Both the position numbers and the translations under genes were made by a program. 64,000 nt of DNA from Macrostomum lignano (taxonomy: Eukaryota). Each line of letters begins with the position of its first letter. Within the stretch, counting starts at the first letter, position 1. The notes below the pieces were generated by a model. That model saw nothing but the letters and a program-made list of their open reading frames with translations. It did no database searches and was not told the origin of the DNA. This document shows positions 35,601 to 48,621 of the stretch, one piece after another. The DNA is taken from assembly GCA_002269645.1 (NCBI GenBank), contig NIVC01000255.1:558001-622000 (forward strand), read 5' to 3'.

Positions 35601-36177
35601 GGCCTCAGTACTAAACTCTGTGAAAGAGCCAATAGATAAGGGAAGCCAGAACGCTGAGACAGTAGAAATTATTAATAAAGAAAGCCAGACGAAAGCTAAG
35701 CATTTAAATAAAATAAATCAGCAGGAGGTAGGACAATCAAGCAAGGGAAGCCACGCCAGAAAGAATAAACTAGAAGAACCGGCTATCGAATTAGAAGAGG
35801 AAAGCTCTGATGAAGAACAGCCGAAGTGGTTTTGCAAGATTCGTGAAAATGAACAATCGGTACATGAGAATGAATCAGAGTTAGAAGCAGAGTCAGAAGC
35901 TGAGATAGAAAATGCTATGCAACTTGAGAGCCTAGTGGAAGAGGAATCGGAGAGGTCAGAGCGAGAGGGAGAAGTAACAATCGATAACAGACATGAAACA
36001 GGGCCGGGGGAAGGCGCGCATGCGGGCCACACCGAGAATGGGGGAACGCCAGACAAAGAGGGTAATAAAACTAAACCATATAATACACGCAGCCGCACTA
36101 GGCCGCCCGTCAGATGCCAGTGTTATCTAAAAAAGTTGGCTACTGTTTGGAGGTTGCTAGAGAAACAAAACTTTTAG
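32700..36177 (+). pseudogene. pol: Gypsy pol (RT, RNase H, integrase), frameshifted
   Basis: YSTPLVIVRKKDG..DFRVLN, YIDD, KYLGH, DTDASD, AYFSR, ELLAL, TDH; H..GHLG, C..C, HIDV, TDNG, NGLVER; C-terminal YNTRSR. Confidence 0.95.
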
Positions 36178-36369
36178 TCAGCCAATGAGAACTCAGCCGC
36201 GGTTTAAATCAAGTGTTTATTGCGCAAGTTAGTTTGTTTGAATTAACTCAGCGGGGGGGAGTCAAAATTTATAAAAGGACACACAGGGCCAGGGGAGGGA
36301 CCAGAATAAAATCCAGAGCTAGATTAATCAGAAAGTAGCTACGGAAATATTAATATTAGAAATGCCCAC

Positions 36370-37156
36370 ATGTTTGAACAAGAGGCAGTGAATGCCCAGA
36401 GATTAGAACAAGAGGCAGTGAATGCCCAGAATGTAGAACAAGAGATAGTAAATACCCAAGGTGCGAAAGAAGAAGTAATGAATGTACAGAGTGCTGAAAG
36501 TGATCGAAAGTACAAGCCAGAGCCGAGTGAGGCCTCAACCAAGCCGAAAGAAGAGTCGAAGAACCTTTCACGGCTCAAATCGGTGATCATAAAGCCAACA
36601 CCAGTACCGCATGAGCCTGGCGCCCGTGCCAGTCTTCTTCGCGCCGCCGCCGCCAAGCCTGTGGTGGTCAGCCAGACTTTAATGAAGCGTCAGCCCGAGG
36701 GCGCAGCGCCAACATGCTACATCACCGCCAAGAAACAGCGCACCATAGCGCCGAAGCCCGATCCGTTTGTTCAGCAGTTACGGTCACCAGCGCAGCAGCC
36801 GCCGCCGCCGGCTCGGCAGCAGGCGGCCTCATGGCAGCAGCCGCCGCCGCCAGCTCGGCAGCAGGCGGCCTCATGGCAGCAGCCGCCGCCGCCAGCTCGG
36901 CAGCAGGCGGCCTCATGGCAGCAGGCGGCCTCATGGCAGCAGCCGCCGCCGCCAGCTCGGCAGCAGGCGGCCTCATGGCAGCAGCCGCCGCCGCCAGCTC
37001 GGCAGCAGGCAGCCATGCGAGGTCATCCGCGTAATGAAGCTGAGTTTCAGCTATGAGCAATGTATTGCGGCTTGGAGAAGGGCCGTTTGGTACGCCCTTC
37101 AGAGCATCAGAGCATCTGGTTGGGCTTACTTACTACAAGACCCAGGTGCGTCATGA
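36370..37156 (+). CDS. Extra ORF between pol and the 3' LTR: EQEAVNAQ repeats plus QQPPPPARQQAASW repeats; possible frameshifted tail to 37156
   Basis: 228-aa ORF (36370-37056) preceded by TATAAAA at about 36270; no signal peptide or transmembrane segment. Confidence 0.5.
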
Positions 37157-37990
37157 AATCTGTTGGATGGCCGACGCCCTGGGCTGGCCAGTGAAGTATC
37201 GTCTGCCCAATGAATTCGCTATGAACTAACATTGTAAGGTGAAAGGACATTACTCATCTAGATTAATTTGCTCACTACTATACTTGCTTATTTGCTCATA
37301 TATACTTTTGCTTATTTGTCTATGCTCATATATACTTTTGCTTATTTGTCTATGCTCATATATACTTTTGCTTATTTGTCTAAGCTCATATATACTTTTG
37401 CTTACTCATGTGTACTTTTGCCTATATGTATACTCACCACCGTTATGATCATACTGGTAATTACTGCTACGCTTGTGTTGCTCATATATATTCTTTGCTT
37501 ATTTCGCTCACAACTATTATGCTCACATTACTTATATGCTCATGTGCGCTTTTGCCTATATAAATACTCACAATTGCTTACATGTGTAATGTGTATGTGC
37601 GAAATAAGCTACTTTTAAGCAATATAAAATTTTTCACGTAATACTGTATTCAAATTTTTGTTTAGGGAAGCCAGTTGTGGTAGGGTCAAAATTAATATGC
37701 TAACTAGTTTACTTATAGTAATATAATCTGCGCATTTTATCTTAGCCAATCAGTAAATTTCTCCCCTTTTGTTTAAATGTATTAATATTTGTTAAAAACG
37801 CTACTTTGTTTAAATTTTTCTCTTTAATAATTTGTTTTAATGTTTTATGCTCCCCCCTCCTTTATCTACGACTATATAAAGAGGCAACTTGGGCCGCAAA
37901 TATACCAATTGTGGAAGTGTAGCTCGTCTAACAAATAGTACGAAAATAAACGTCAACAAAAACATAAAAAGTAAACTTTGTTTAATTCTA

Positions 37991-38028
37991 GCCAACGCGT
38001 TTCGTCAAACACAAGACGTCGTCAGGGC
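37991..38028 (-). ncRNA. Minimal hammerhead ribozyme in the inverted pLTR
   Basis: GCC-CTGACGA-CGTC..GACG-AAAC-GC-GTT-GGC on the minus strand. Confidence 0.7.
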
Positions 38029-38154
38029 AAATTCAATCAACCTAAGATCACACCACCAATATATTTAAGCAAAAATCACTGTACAGTCCAGAGGCGGGTC
38101 AAAACAGTCCGGTAGAATTTAGAAAGTGCGACGTCTTGTGTTTGACGAAACGCG

Positions 38155-40632
38155 TTGGCTAGAATTAAACAAAGTTTACTTTTTATGTTTTTGTTGACGT
38201 TTATTTTCCTACTATTTGTTAGACGAGCTACACTTCCACAATTCTACTTCGACGTCAACGCTCGCAATCCGGATGTGAGCGTGAAGCTCTTGAGAAGATT
38301 TGAGAAGGACTCTCACGCCCTCCTCAAAGGCCGTGTTGACCAACACTTTTTGAATGAGTGCCTTGAGCTCCAACTTTCGCCAAAGTTTGTCCGGTTCAAA
38401 TCACCTGGAACACCGGTCTTTCAAGATGCAACCGATCTACATGGAATTCTGGTTAAAAAGCACTTACGCGTGATTAACCGGAAAATGCGAGAGCTGGATT
38501 CCCGAATTAGAAACACCAAGTTGTTTCTCCGGACGAAGCTTGGTTTAGTTACCTTCCTGACTGTTTGTCATCTGGTGAGTAAACAAGCAAACATTTGTGC
38601 TGATAAGGATAAAACAAGGCTGGAACGCAAATTGAAGAATCTCTGGGCTGAAAAACTGGCGTCTTGTCAAGTTCCGCGACCGATCGCGCACAGAGCTCAA
38701 CACCTTGGAACGCGGCCTTCGACACCCGGTGTTACCAGCCAGACTTAATAAACATCACATTACGGCAGAGATTGAGAGCGCGATAGGCAGGTGTTTGTCT
38801 CAGGTTAGTGCTTCAGGCTTTTGCTCACCCAATTTGCCCGAGAACTTTAAGTCTAGAATTAGGTCTGATGTTGATAGGTTCATGTTTCAGGCTCAGGGTA
38901 TCATTGAGAACAAACAAAACAGGCTGTTGCATCAAACCCTTAAAAAGCTGCGTGAGAATGACAAGATCAGGATAGTGGGTTATGATAAAGGATACGGTGT
39001 GGCTATCTTAGACGCTGATGCCTACGTTAACAAATTGAATGCCATTCTTTGTGACAAGACAACATTCCAATGTCTTGGCTATTTTCCTGAAGTCAAGATG
39101 TCGCACCCGGTTCTTAAATCTAAAAGATCTGTTCAAATTTTTCTTAAAAATCACATCAAACCCCATGTTGACGCCGAAGTTTTCAAGAGGATCTTGCCCA
39201 GTGGTAGTCAGCCTGGTCAGATGTATGGATTGTGTAAAGTCCACAAACCGGACAAGCCGTTAAGGCCGATTGTTTCTATGGTTAACACCGCTGAATATGA
39301 GCTCGCTAAATTTCTTGACGATCTCATCCAGCCTCACATTGTCCGTGATCATTCGGTTAGGTCGAATAGAGAATTTGTTGAAGCTATTAGCCAAATCCAA
39401 TTAAGCGGTAAAGAATTGTTGTTTAGCTACTATGTGACTTCCCTGTTCACTAACATCCCGGTTGAATTTGCGATTGACCTGGCCACTGACCTTGTCTACC
39501 AGAATAACCCTCTGACTATTCCTAAGAATGCTTTTAAAAAGATGCTTGGTTTTGCGGTCTCTGGCATTTTCATGTTTGAAAACCAATACTACCGCCAAAT
39601 TGATGGTGTCGCTATGGGGTGTCCTCTTGCCCCTACGCTCGCTGATCTGTGCATGAGCCATTGGGAGACTGAATGGATGAAACTCCCCAATGCCCCACGG
39701 TTTTATAAGCGTTATGTTGACGATACTTTTGCTGTTTTTGACAATAAAAAAGACCACGACGAGTTTCTTACTATTATCAACTCCACCCATCCGAACATTA
39801 AGTTCACCGTTGAGGGCGGAGGTAAGAATCTCCCGTTTCTTGATACCGAGGTTGACTGTTCTGGACACCGTCCTCTTGTGAAAGTTTACCGTAAACCGAC
39901 GTTTACTGGGCTGATGTTAAGTTTTCATGCTTTATGTCCGACTCACTGGAAATCCGGGTTAGTTAGGTGCCTTCTTCACAGAGCCTACGAGGTGAGCAGT
40001 TCTTGGAGTTTATTTCACCAAGAGGTTCGTGCCCTGACTAAAATCCTTAGATCTAACGGTTACCCTCTCAGTTTTGTTAGCCGTATTATCAATGCGTTTG
40101 TCACTAAGAAAGTTTCTATCGATGCGAGACCCAGGCAACCAAAGATAGATTCTTGGGACGCTCTGTTGGTTCTCCCATTTTTGGCAACGCTTCGCTTGAC
40201 TTCAGGAAAAAACTTGAGAAAACGTTTAGCAAATGGCTTAAGTGCACCGTTAGGATTGTGTTTCGCACCGAAAAGATCGGTCGCTATGCTAGCAGGCTCA
40301 AGTCAGCTGTTCCACTTGCTCTAAGGGCTGGTGTTGTTTACCAATTTCGCTGCTCTGAGGATCAGAGCGTTTCCTACATTGGAAAAACAAAGCGACACCT
40401 GCACACTAGAGCTAGGGAACATTGGCTAAAAAGCTCTGCGATTAATGACCATCTGCTTGTTTGTAAAAAATGCTGTGACGGTGAACCGATTCAGCTCTTT
40501 AAAGTGCTGGATGGGTGCAAATTTGACCATAAGCTTAAGATTATCGAAGCTTCGTATATCAGAATGCACAAACCCAACCTGAATGTGCAGCTTGCTGGCA
40601 ATGGGGTGGGGCGTGAGCTAAGAGTACTGTGA
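38155..40632 (+). pseudogene. Penelope RT plus GIY-YIG endonuclease, two frameshifts
   Basis: YGLCKVHK..LRPIVS, GVAMGCPLAP, RYVDD, LPFLD, VYRKPT; VVYQFRC..SYIGKTKRHL..RAREH. Confidence 0.93.
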
Positions 40633-40789
40633 GCAGAGCCGTGCCTATTTTTTTCTTATTTTTTCTTTCTCACTTTGTTATGTACTTGGCACTTTCTAAA
40701 TTCTACCGGACTGTTTTGACCCGCCTCTGGACTGTACAGTGATTTTTGCTTAAATATATTGGTGGTATGATCTTAGGTTGATTGAATTT

Positions 40790-40827
40790 GCCCTGACGAC
40801 GTCTTGTGTTTGACGAAACGCGTTGGC
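40790..40827 (+). ncRNA. Minimal hammerhead ribozyme in the 3' pLTR
   Basis: Same sequence as 37991-38028 on the plus strand; GUU cleavage triplet. Confidence 0.7.
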
Positions 40828-40988
40828 TAAAATTAAACAAAGTTTACTTTTTATGTTTTTGTTGACGTTTATTTTCCAAATATACCAACCCTCTTTTGTT
40901 TTCCTTTTCAACAGCTTAACTCTTAGTAATTGAAGTTCAACCCAAAAACTTTCGCTAAGACTTGTTTTCACTATTTATTTACTGGTTA

Positions 40989-41150
40989 GGAAACTTGAGG
41001 TCGTGGAGACCCAGAACTAGGGATCTGGTTAGGAAACTTGAGGTCGTGGAGACCCAAGACTAAGGATCTGGATAGGAAACTTGAGGTCGTGGAGACCCAA
41101 GACTAAGGATCTGGATAGGAAACTTGAGGTCGTGGAGACCCAAGAATAGA
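40989..41150. repeat. 43-bp tandem repeat x4 in the putative Gypsy LTR
   Basis: GGAAACTTGAGGTCGTGGAGACCC starts at 40989, 41032, 41075 and 41118. Confidence 0.9.
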
Positions 41151-41897
41151 AACCTGAGTAGGGAGATCGAGATCGTACAGATCCTAAGAAAGCCGTACAG
41201 GCTAATAATAGGCATTAGGCATTAAGAGATTAGGTATTGGGGAAGTAGATTAGTTACCGCTGGACACCCTTGATCCCCGGAAAACGCTAGACCTTCGGAC
41301 TGAACTAGGGAATTAGACAGTGTCTTACCGCTCGAGCACTACACGCTATCACAAGGTTTCTAGGAAATCGTGTGAAATTAGAAATCTCTAGGAAAGAGTC
41401 ATAGATTAGGGCTGCCAACGCTACTCAAAGTAGATATATTAGTGACAATTTATAGGATAGAGAAATTAGAACTAAATGACTGCAGCAAATTGGTGAGATT
41501 ATTTCAGTAGGAACCATAGGGCTAGAACAATATATTGCATAAATAAAATGTCTATGGCTTAAGTTAAAACTTGGTTTAAACAAAAATGATAGGTTTTATC
41601 TAGATTATAATTTACTATTGCAGTAGGTTTTATTCTATTTTGTTTAATCAAATGTATATACTTTTATTAAGAAAAGTTAATATTATATTTATAACCTATT
41701 ATTTTCAGATAAATGAAATAGCTGTCTAAGCAATTACTAAGCTTAAATGAGACCTAGCCGACGCAATGCTTTGAAAAAAAAAACTGATTGTCTTAACTAT
41801 GACCATTTAATTGCCTGGTTCCCTAAGACTGAATCTCATACTGGAGCCTTGCATATTAACTGTAGCCATCTGAGCCACATTCCAGAATCTGAAAAAA

Positions 41898-42907
41898 ATG
41901 GAATTCAAGCAAGGCCAAGTGATTCAAGTTCGTGATACTAATGGCTTTCATGATGCAAATATTCCTAAGCTTGGTACATATGCTGAGGTTCGAATTGCTG
42001 AAGGCCAAGTCGAAGAATTAGTAGAGGCTGGATACAATACCGATGACATTGTTGCAGAATTGCAAAAAGACTTTAATGTTGACATGGATGATGAAGATAA
42101 TGATAAAACTATGAGCAGCCAGCGCCAGTGAAAAAAAGTAATAACACCAAGCAATGATGGTCATTCTGTGGCAGTGATGAAGGAGACCCAAAAAGAGTCG
42201 CAATTGAAGTCAACATACTTGGCAACTAGTGCATTTGCTGCAAAGAGGGCAAAATTAGCCCCATTTGATAATCAGAACAATGAGTGTACCACACCTAAAA
42301 TGCCCAAGTCTAATGGATTGGCCATGGATATATTCAAAGCTGGTGCTAGCACTGCACCTACACCTGCAACTGCACCTACATTTGCTGCAAGTGGTCCTAC
42401 TACACCAGGCTTTCAAGCAAATGTTGGAGCTCAAAAACTTAGGCAAGCCACTTTTACATCACCTGGAGTGGAACCAACAACAACAACTCAGCTACTTTGT
42501 TAGAAGCTCGCATCCAGACTAATCAACTGAAAAAAGTCATTCGGTTGCAAGAAGAAACTAACCGTCTTCTCAAAGAGGCATTATTTTCTAAAGTTGAAAC
42601 AAGAAGTTCTGAGGATAGAGTCATTACTGGTCATGATGGAAATACATTCCAGCTTTCAAAGCTTCCTCAAGGTTTGACCACTTTTGCCAGAGAGTTTGTG
42701 CTAAGACAATTTGGTGAAGCATATTGTAAAACAGCTATTATTGAACCCAATGGCAAAACAGATCGTCTACCAATGAGTATGGAATCTGTATCAGCAATTA
42801 AGGAGGTACTAGACCACTGGGTTGGTGTCTACGATTGGAAACTTGTTCGTGTATCACTGAATCAAATGTTTCGTGATCTTGTTAACAAGCGGAAGGCATC
42901 TGAATGA
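41898..42907 (+). pseudogene. BEN-domain protein, frameshifted; probably the transposon accessory gene
   Basis: FAREFVLRQFG..GKTDRLPMSMESVSAIKEVL..W..VRVSLNQMFRD fits the recalled BEN pattern; three ORF pieces linked by frameshifts. Confidence 0.65.
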
Positions 42908-42965
42908 AAATTTAGTCCACAAGTATGAACTATTATTCCATAAACATTATTTACTAACAAATAAT

Positions 42966-43080
42966 GGGCTCGTTCTATAAAGCCGTCGTAAGATAAGATC
43001 GTTTTTAGTTCCTATCTCCGTAGTGTAAAAGTTCTGACGTACGATCGAACATACGCAACGACAGCTTTATAGTACGACCC
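42966..43080. mobile_element. 115-bp MITE, copy 2, flanked by TAAT on both sides
   Basis: TIR GGGCTCGTTCTATAAAGCCGTCGT / ACGACAGCTTTATAGTACGACCC. Confidence 0.75.
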
Positions 43081-44021
43081 TAATTTTTTATGTTATTCGT
43101 GTATTCACTGCATGGTGCATATAGTATTTGTTTACTGTTTTTCCTATGTTGGTAATAATGTTTATAATAAATGTTTATAATATAACTAAATCATGTCTAT
43201 AATACTAAGCATGTTTTTTTGTTTTATTCAAGCTCCTTTGCTAAAGAAATAAGCAAATTATTTTTTACAATAATGAAAAACTGTTTGTTAATTATAATTT
43301 AATAGTGACTTAAATAGCATTTTTACATTTACTGGTTTTCATGCATTTTTGTTCAAAAAATTGTGCAAGCATAATGTTTTGGCCCCTATAGTCATTTTAT
43401 GACTTTGTGTTATTTGATAAACAAACGTTTTACAATTGTAGTGCTTTTTAGGCCTTCAAAATTTAGCTTTTTCCCTAAAAGTAGTTCACTAATGCACAAT
43501 TTTGTAATTTTGTTTTTTTTCAAAGTTCTTTTTCAAAGTTTTTTTCAACTTCATTAATACTTCTTGCTATTATTGTATAATTACCTGTGTCTTAATTATT
43601 TTTTAAATAAAAACTGTTTGCTACTTTTAATGCTAAGCTAACTATGCAATACATGCATAGAAACCTAAGAAATCAAAATTGTATCTAAAAAGGTACATTA
43701 AAAACACCCAAATGTTTTAGTAGCTACCCAGAATGTAAGCCAACATTTTTGGTCAACTCTAGTGTGTATTTATTTTGTGTCATACTTGGCCACAACCTTT
43801 TATAATTTTTTGACCAACAAAAAAACAAAATAAAAACTACTTGTCTGGATATAATTGTTGTTTATGCTCTTTATGGCTGAATTTACTTTTAATTTATTTT
43901 TATTTAATCAATTAGAGAAAATTTTAATTTTAATTTTTACCTGGAATTGGGTGCATTATAATTTAGGCTCTATTGCTTATGCTTAGTTAAATTATTTAAC
44001 CAATTTTTTTTCGGTAAATTT

Positions 44022-46293
44022 TTGTCAAAAGCAAAAAATTGCATTTCTGGCTTTCAGCTCTTTGGGATCACAATGGATGGTACTGAAATCGAATTTCTTG
44101 AAGCAGTTTCGTCGATGTGTCTTAAAGACGATTTGGAACTTGAGACCGAGTGCAATCAGCAGTCAGATTTCGCCAGGACTGATAGTGCTACGGCTGTGGA
44201 AGATTCGCTTGGTGTGAGCATCTCTGATCAGGCTGACCCGCTGGACACTTTTTTTGACGAGCTGACCGATGAGCTGGAAGTCACTCACCAAGTTTCTACG
44301 GCAATTTCCGTCGAAAATTTAATAGATGTTGCCCAGAAAGAGTTTATGGCTGTATTGATTGTTTTCCTTATTGTTAAGCAAGATATTTCTGCTTCAACAA
44401 CGGACATTATTTTTAAGTCGTTTTTTGCTGCTAATTTGCTTTTTGTGAATATCTCAATGAAGGTTGTCAATCGCCTCATGTTTAAGCTGGTGAAAACGTG
44501 CAACTTTTTCACGGTGACTTCATTTTGCTCAAATTTAGAATGCGAGAAAGTCCTGCCATACAACACTAATCTTGAAAGATGTTGTGGTGTACCTATGTCA
44601 CGTTTTGCTTACCTTGATGTTCATTTTCAAATTTCTATTTTTTTGGCATCCTACTTTCAAGAAATGGTTGCATTCAGTTCTAGTGTTGCCATGCAAACAG
44701 ATGTTTTAAGAGGTGTGCCCCTGGATTACATTTCCTCGTCGATCATAACTTTGTACTTGCATCTGTCCACTGATGGTTGCAGTTTATATGCTAATAATCC
44801 GTCTTCCTTGTGGCCTGTTCAGGCTCAAGTATTAAATTTGCCTCCTTATTTAAGGTTCCAACCGGATAATATAATCATACTGGCTATGTTCTTAGGGCCA
44901 AAGAAACCCAATTGGAAGCAGTTTTTAGACAACCACCTGTCTTCAATTTTTCAAACTACGTACTATTGTTTTGTTGCTAGTAAGCCCGTTTATTTTCGCT
45001 TACAAATATTTTCTGCAGTTTTTGATTTACCTGCGCTTGCAAGTGTTCTTAATCATGTCCAATTTAATGGACAATTCGGCTGTTTGTATTGTGATTCACC
45101 CGGAAACAGCGTTAAAGTTGGGTCCGAAGTTTCACGTAAGTACCCCAATGTAGGTAAAACTGTGTCCAATGAGACAAACGTATCACGCGTAGTACTTGTG
45201 TCGCTTTCTGGTGAAAAAATATCTTCGGAGTTAAAGGAGGCTTAGTTTTGACAAAGTATGTTAAAGTTCCTGAACGCATTTTGTTGGATTCACTGCACTT
45301 TTTGTACGAAAACTGTTGCGGCACCCTTGTGAAATATTTTTTGACGGATCCTATCGTGCAAAATCTTTTTTCTCGGACGAGCAGTTGATTACTTCCATAG
45401 CAATTTAAAAATGGCTTGAGTACCGAAGTCTTTAGTAGTACCTTATAACATTAACTTGCGCTCCAGCTGGAAAGCGAAAGACTTTTCATTTGTTGCTAAG
45501 TATGTATTTCCTGCTTTCGCAATTCACTTATTGCGGCGCAATAAAAAGGATTGTGCCATCTCTGTATTGTCGTTCTGTCTATTATGCCATGTTGTGAATT
45601 CTGAAAATCGTGGTCAATATATAGTTATATTAAAGTCAATCATCAATCACTTTATGTCTAATTTAGGAGTCATTTTTGATGAACTTATTTACACAATAAA
45701 TTTTCACTTGCTTTATCACTTGCCCCCTCAACTCGAAAGCTATGGACCCTTAAATGGATATTCGATGTTTTCATTGAAAAGTTTTTTCTCTACATTAATT
45801 TTTTTTCGCAGGGTACGCGTTGCCATGTAAGACAAATATGCGAAAAGCTTCTGCTAAAAAATGTGAACTTTTTGCATCAAGGAGGGCATTCAGTCTCATA
45901 GCCACCAATTATTCGATTTGTTGAATTCTGAATTTAAATTTACTTTTCAAAACAGTAGTAACACTTTCTGGAAATTTTCTCGCCACTATATTAAATGCGG
46001 TAAACGAAAGTTTTATACTGCCTGTCATCCAAAGCAACCCCAGAATCTTTCGTATGTAGTACAACTAAAAAAAACGCATTCAGCATGAATTTTTCGAACT
46101 TTCTGGTGTTAGCATATCTAACGAACTTGAGGTTTTGTCTAGTGCATTTTTATTCGTTAGTCGTTTATCTACTAATACGTGCACCGTTTCTGTGTCAGAT
46201 TTTCTTTATTCATGTATCGTTTTAGAAGGTATTTTTAGCAACCAAAATGTTCTTCTTGTTATTCCCGATTGTAGCCGCCATGAATTCGGTTAA
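44022..46293 (+). pseudogene. EnSpm/CACTA (CMC)-like DDE transposase, degraded
   Basis: STDGCSL..SLWPV..NLPPYLR..DNII, FDLPA..NHVQFNGQFGCLYC, LDSLH, WKAKD, TINFHLLYHL..YGPL..SMF. Confidence 0.85.
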
Positions 46294-47016
46294 ATCCTCA
46301 GGTGGCAATATTATGGTCAATACTTGCTCTTATCCTATAATAATAAATGAATAAAATTCAAATTAATTGGTTTGTAAATATTTCAATGATGTTTTATAAG
46401 AAGCAAGTGTTTGCATGTGCCCGTGTTTGCCTTTCTTGTCAATTTAAAAACTTTTGGTTGGGGGCTTTCTAGTTCAAGAAAATACATGAACCTACTAATA
46501 GTAGTTCGCATAAAAATTAAATTATAAAAATTGCAATTTTCTTATGAATTAGATTGCGAGAATTGTAATCAACTTCAAAAATAATACTATAATTGCAATT
46601 TACTTATGGCTGGATTGCGAAAATTGCAAGACAATTATGATGTAATTATGAAAATTACAATTTACTTGCTCAATCTCATTGCAATTATTGCCCAATTCGT
46701 GCGCAATTTTCTCAATGCAAATTGCAATTTTTGCTCAATGTCTGCAATTTTGAGCGACTAGGGCAGATTCGCAGTAACTATTAATAGGACAAGTCGCTAA
46801 AACGGAAAATAAATAAAAGGAAAAGTTTAACATGACTTTACTATTGTAAATTCTAATATTAAATTACAAAACCTGGTTAGCGTACAAGGAGTAGCAAAAA
46901 TGTTTTGAGCTTTTTTCCTAAAAAAATAATATTGTTTCACTAGTTAAAAAATTTGATAAATATTGTGGAATATTTAAAGTTAGTTAAAACTCTGATAAAA
47001 TTAGTCAGATTTTTTG

Positions 47017-47517
47017 TTACTCATCATCATCAGAGCTGCTGCGGTACGAGTCGTCCGATGAAGACACGCTACCTGTAGTAGCGTCCGCAGCAGCACGCTT
47101 TAAAAATGCTGTCTCCTTGGACGTTACCCTGGTTCGAGAGGGTCCGGCTGGTGTACTCACCAAGATCTTTGCTGGTGGAGCCTCCACATAGTCTGTGCCA
47201 TCTGCACCAGCTTCGGCAGAATTGTTTTGCTGTTTTGCACCGCTGCGTTTTCGAACTTGCTTTTTAGCCGGCAGTTCAACAGAGGCTGGCACTGCATTCG
47301 ATGTAGTCGACTTCTTCGATACGGTGGTGGTACACCGACGCTTTGCAGGTGACTTGGCAGGTGTCACCTGGCTTGAATTCTGCAGGCTTTGTTCATTTGC
47401 TTCTTCTTGCTCACGGGTAGACGTTGGGGACGGACTCCTGCTTCTACGAATAATTGCTGGCTTGGTCGCGGGTAGGTGTGCAAGCACTCCCTTGAACATG
47501 TCAAGGCGCTGCAACAT
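47017..47517 (-). CDS. Low-complexity basic/acidic ORF or terminal exon, unknown function
   Basis: 166-aa GC-rich ORF in AT-rich surroundings, with NLS-like clusters; no domain recognised. Confidence 0.3.
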   Translation of the reverse strand: MLQRLDMFKGVLAHLPATKPAIIRRSRSPSPTSTREQEEANEQSLQNSSQVTPAKSPAKRRCTTTVSKKSTTSNAVPASVELPAKKQVRKRSGAKQQNNSAEAGADGTDYVEAPPAKILVSTPAGPSRTRVTSKETAFLKRAAADATTGSVSSSDDSYRSSSDDDE

Positions 47518-47879
47518 GTTGTGTAGAGTGTTCTACCTTCCGCAAAAGTAAATTGACAATTGTAGAATGCTACTATAAGAAAGTGAGTGCACGCATGCGC
47601 ACCTAAACTTATAAGAATGATTCATGATACTATTCTTAGCAGATGAATCATGTTACTATTAATAGCAGATGAATCACGTTGCTATTTTAGCACATGAGTC
47701 ATGTTACTATTTTTGGCCTACGAAGTCGCCTATAAATACAAGTGGTCCGGAACGGACCCGGAGCCAACAATTTCTCCTCGAGAGAAGAGCTCTGAATAAG
47801 AAGCCACAGTCGGACTTCCTGGACCAAGACTCGGTCGAGTTGTTGCGGTAAGCCTTCCTTATTGCGCGCTGCTGTTAGA

Positions 47880-48420
47880 GACGTCTTCTTGAACAACCCG
47901 GTCCTACACTAAGACGAAGCAGTAAAAATTTCATAGACCAAGGAGATCTTTTTATGAAGTGGTGGAATGCAAAGGAGAAGTCGTCTACAAGATTTGGCGG
48001 AAGGTTTGACACCCTCGAGAACGACCGGACGAGTTGTTAGTTCATCGTCGAAACCTCCTCCTTGTGCCCACTTCAGACTATCCAATTTCAGATCACAAAG
48101 GACCAGCGGACCTGAAGCATCAACGCCGAGTTCGACAGGCTGACGCCGGAGCTGCGACACTCCCCGCAATCTCTGAAGACTGACGAAAAAGACGACCAGG
48201 ACACGAGACCCGCCTACCGCTGGCGACTCCGATCAGCTGCTCAGCCAGGCGCACACCCAACTGGAGTCCGCATCCACGAACCTGAAGTTATGGAGAGGAG
48301 AGTAGAGCTTGAGTTACTGCCGTATGACTCTTGCGACGCTCCAACCGCTCCTACGGTTGAAACGCTGAGGCGACCTAAAAGCAGAAATAGCGATAGGATT
48401 AACTTAGACTGATAGGGTAA
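47880..48420 (+). pseudogene. pol: Gypsy element 2: degraded integrase C-terminus
   Basis: Manual translation VFLNNPVLH*DEAV..KFHRPRRSFYEVVECKGEVVYKI..VHRRNLL aligns with VLINNPQINIDESNKFHRKKRAAFRVLKQISEVVFKI of Gypsy 1. Confidence 0.65.
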
Positions 48421-48621
48421 ATCAACGTCATAGTCATGTTTTGCCGGCCAATTTGCCATCCACTAGCCAAATTGATTGGGCCGTCAATGACAGGCCAGTT
48501 AGGGCTCGAAAGGAACCTGACCGCTTGGTTTTTAAACCAAAGTCAAGTCCTACTTTAGCCGTCTAATTAACTTTTTCCGACGGCCTCGTGCCTGTTCCAG
48601 CGCTGAAAAGCAAAACTAAAA

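Larger units (their letters stand above)
37909..40876 (+). mobile_element. Penelope-like element with an inverted 5' pLTR
   Basis: 12-bp TSD CAAATATACCAA (37897-37908, 40877-40888); 37909-38129 is the reverse complement of pLTR sequence (40689-40876 and 38130-38242). Confidence 0.93.
32700..41580 (+). mobile_element. 5'-truncated Ty3/Gypsy LTR retrotransposon 1 (pol, extra ORF, PPT, 3' LTR interrupted by Penelope); right boundary approximate
   Basis: RT-RH-INT domain order; purine tract AGGGAAGCCAG (37664-74) followed by TG at 37676; TATA at about 37873; AATAAA at about 41541. Confidence 0.8.

Noticed and set aside
36370-37056. env gene call for the Gypsy 1 extra ORF
   Set aside because: No signal peptide, furin site or transmembrane anchor.
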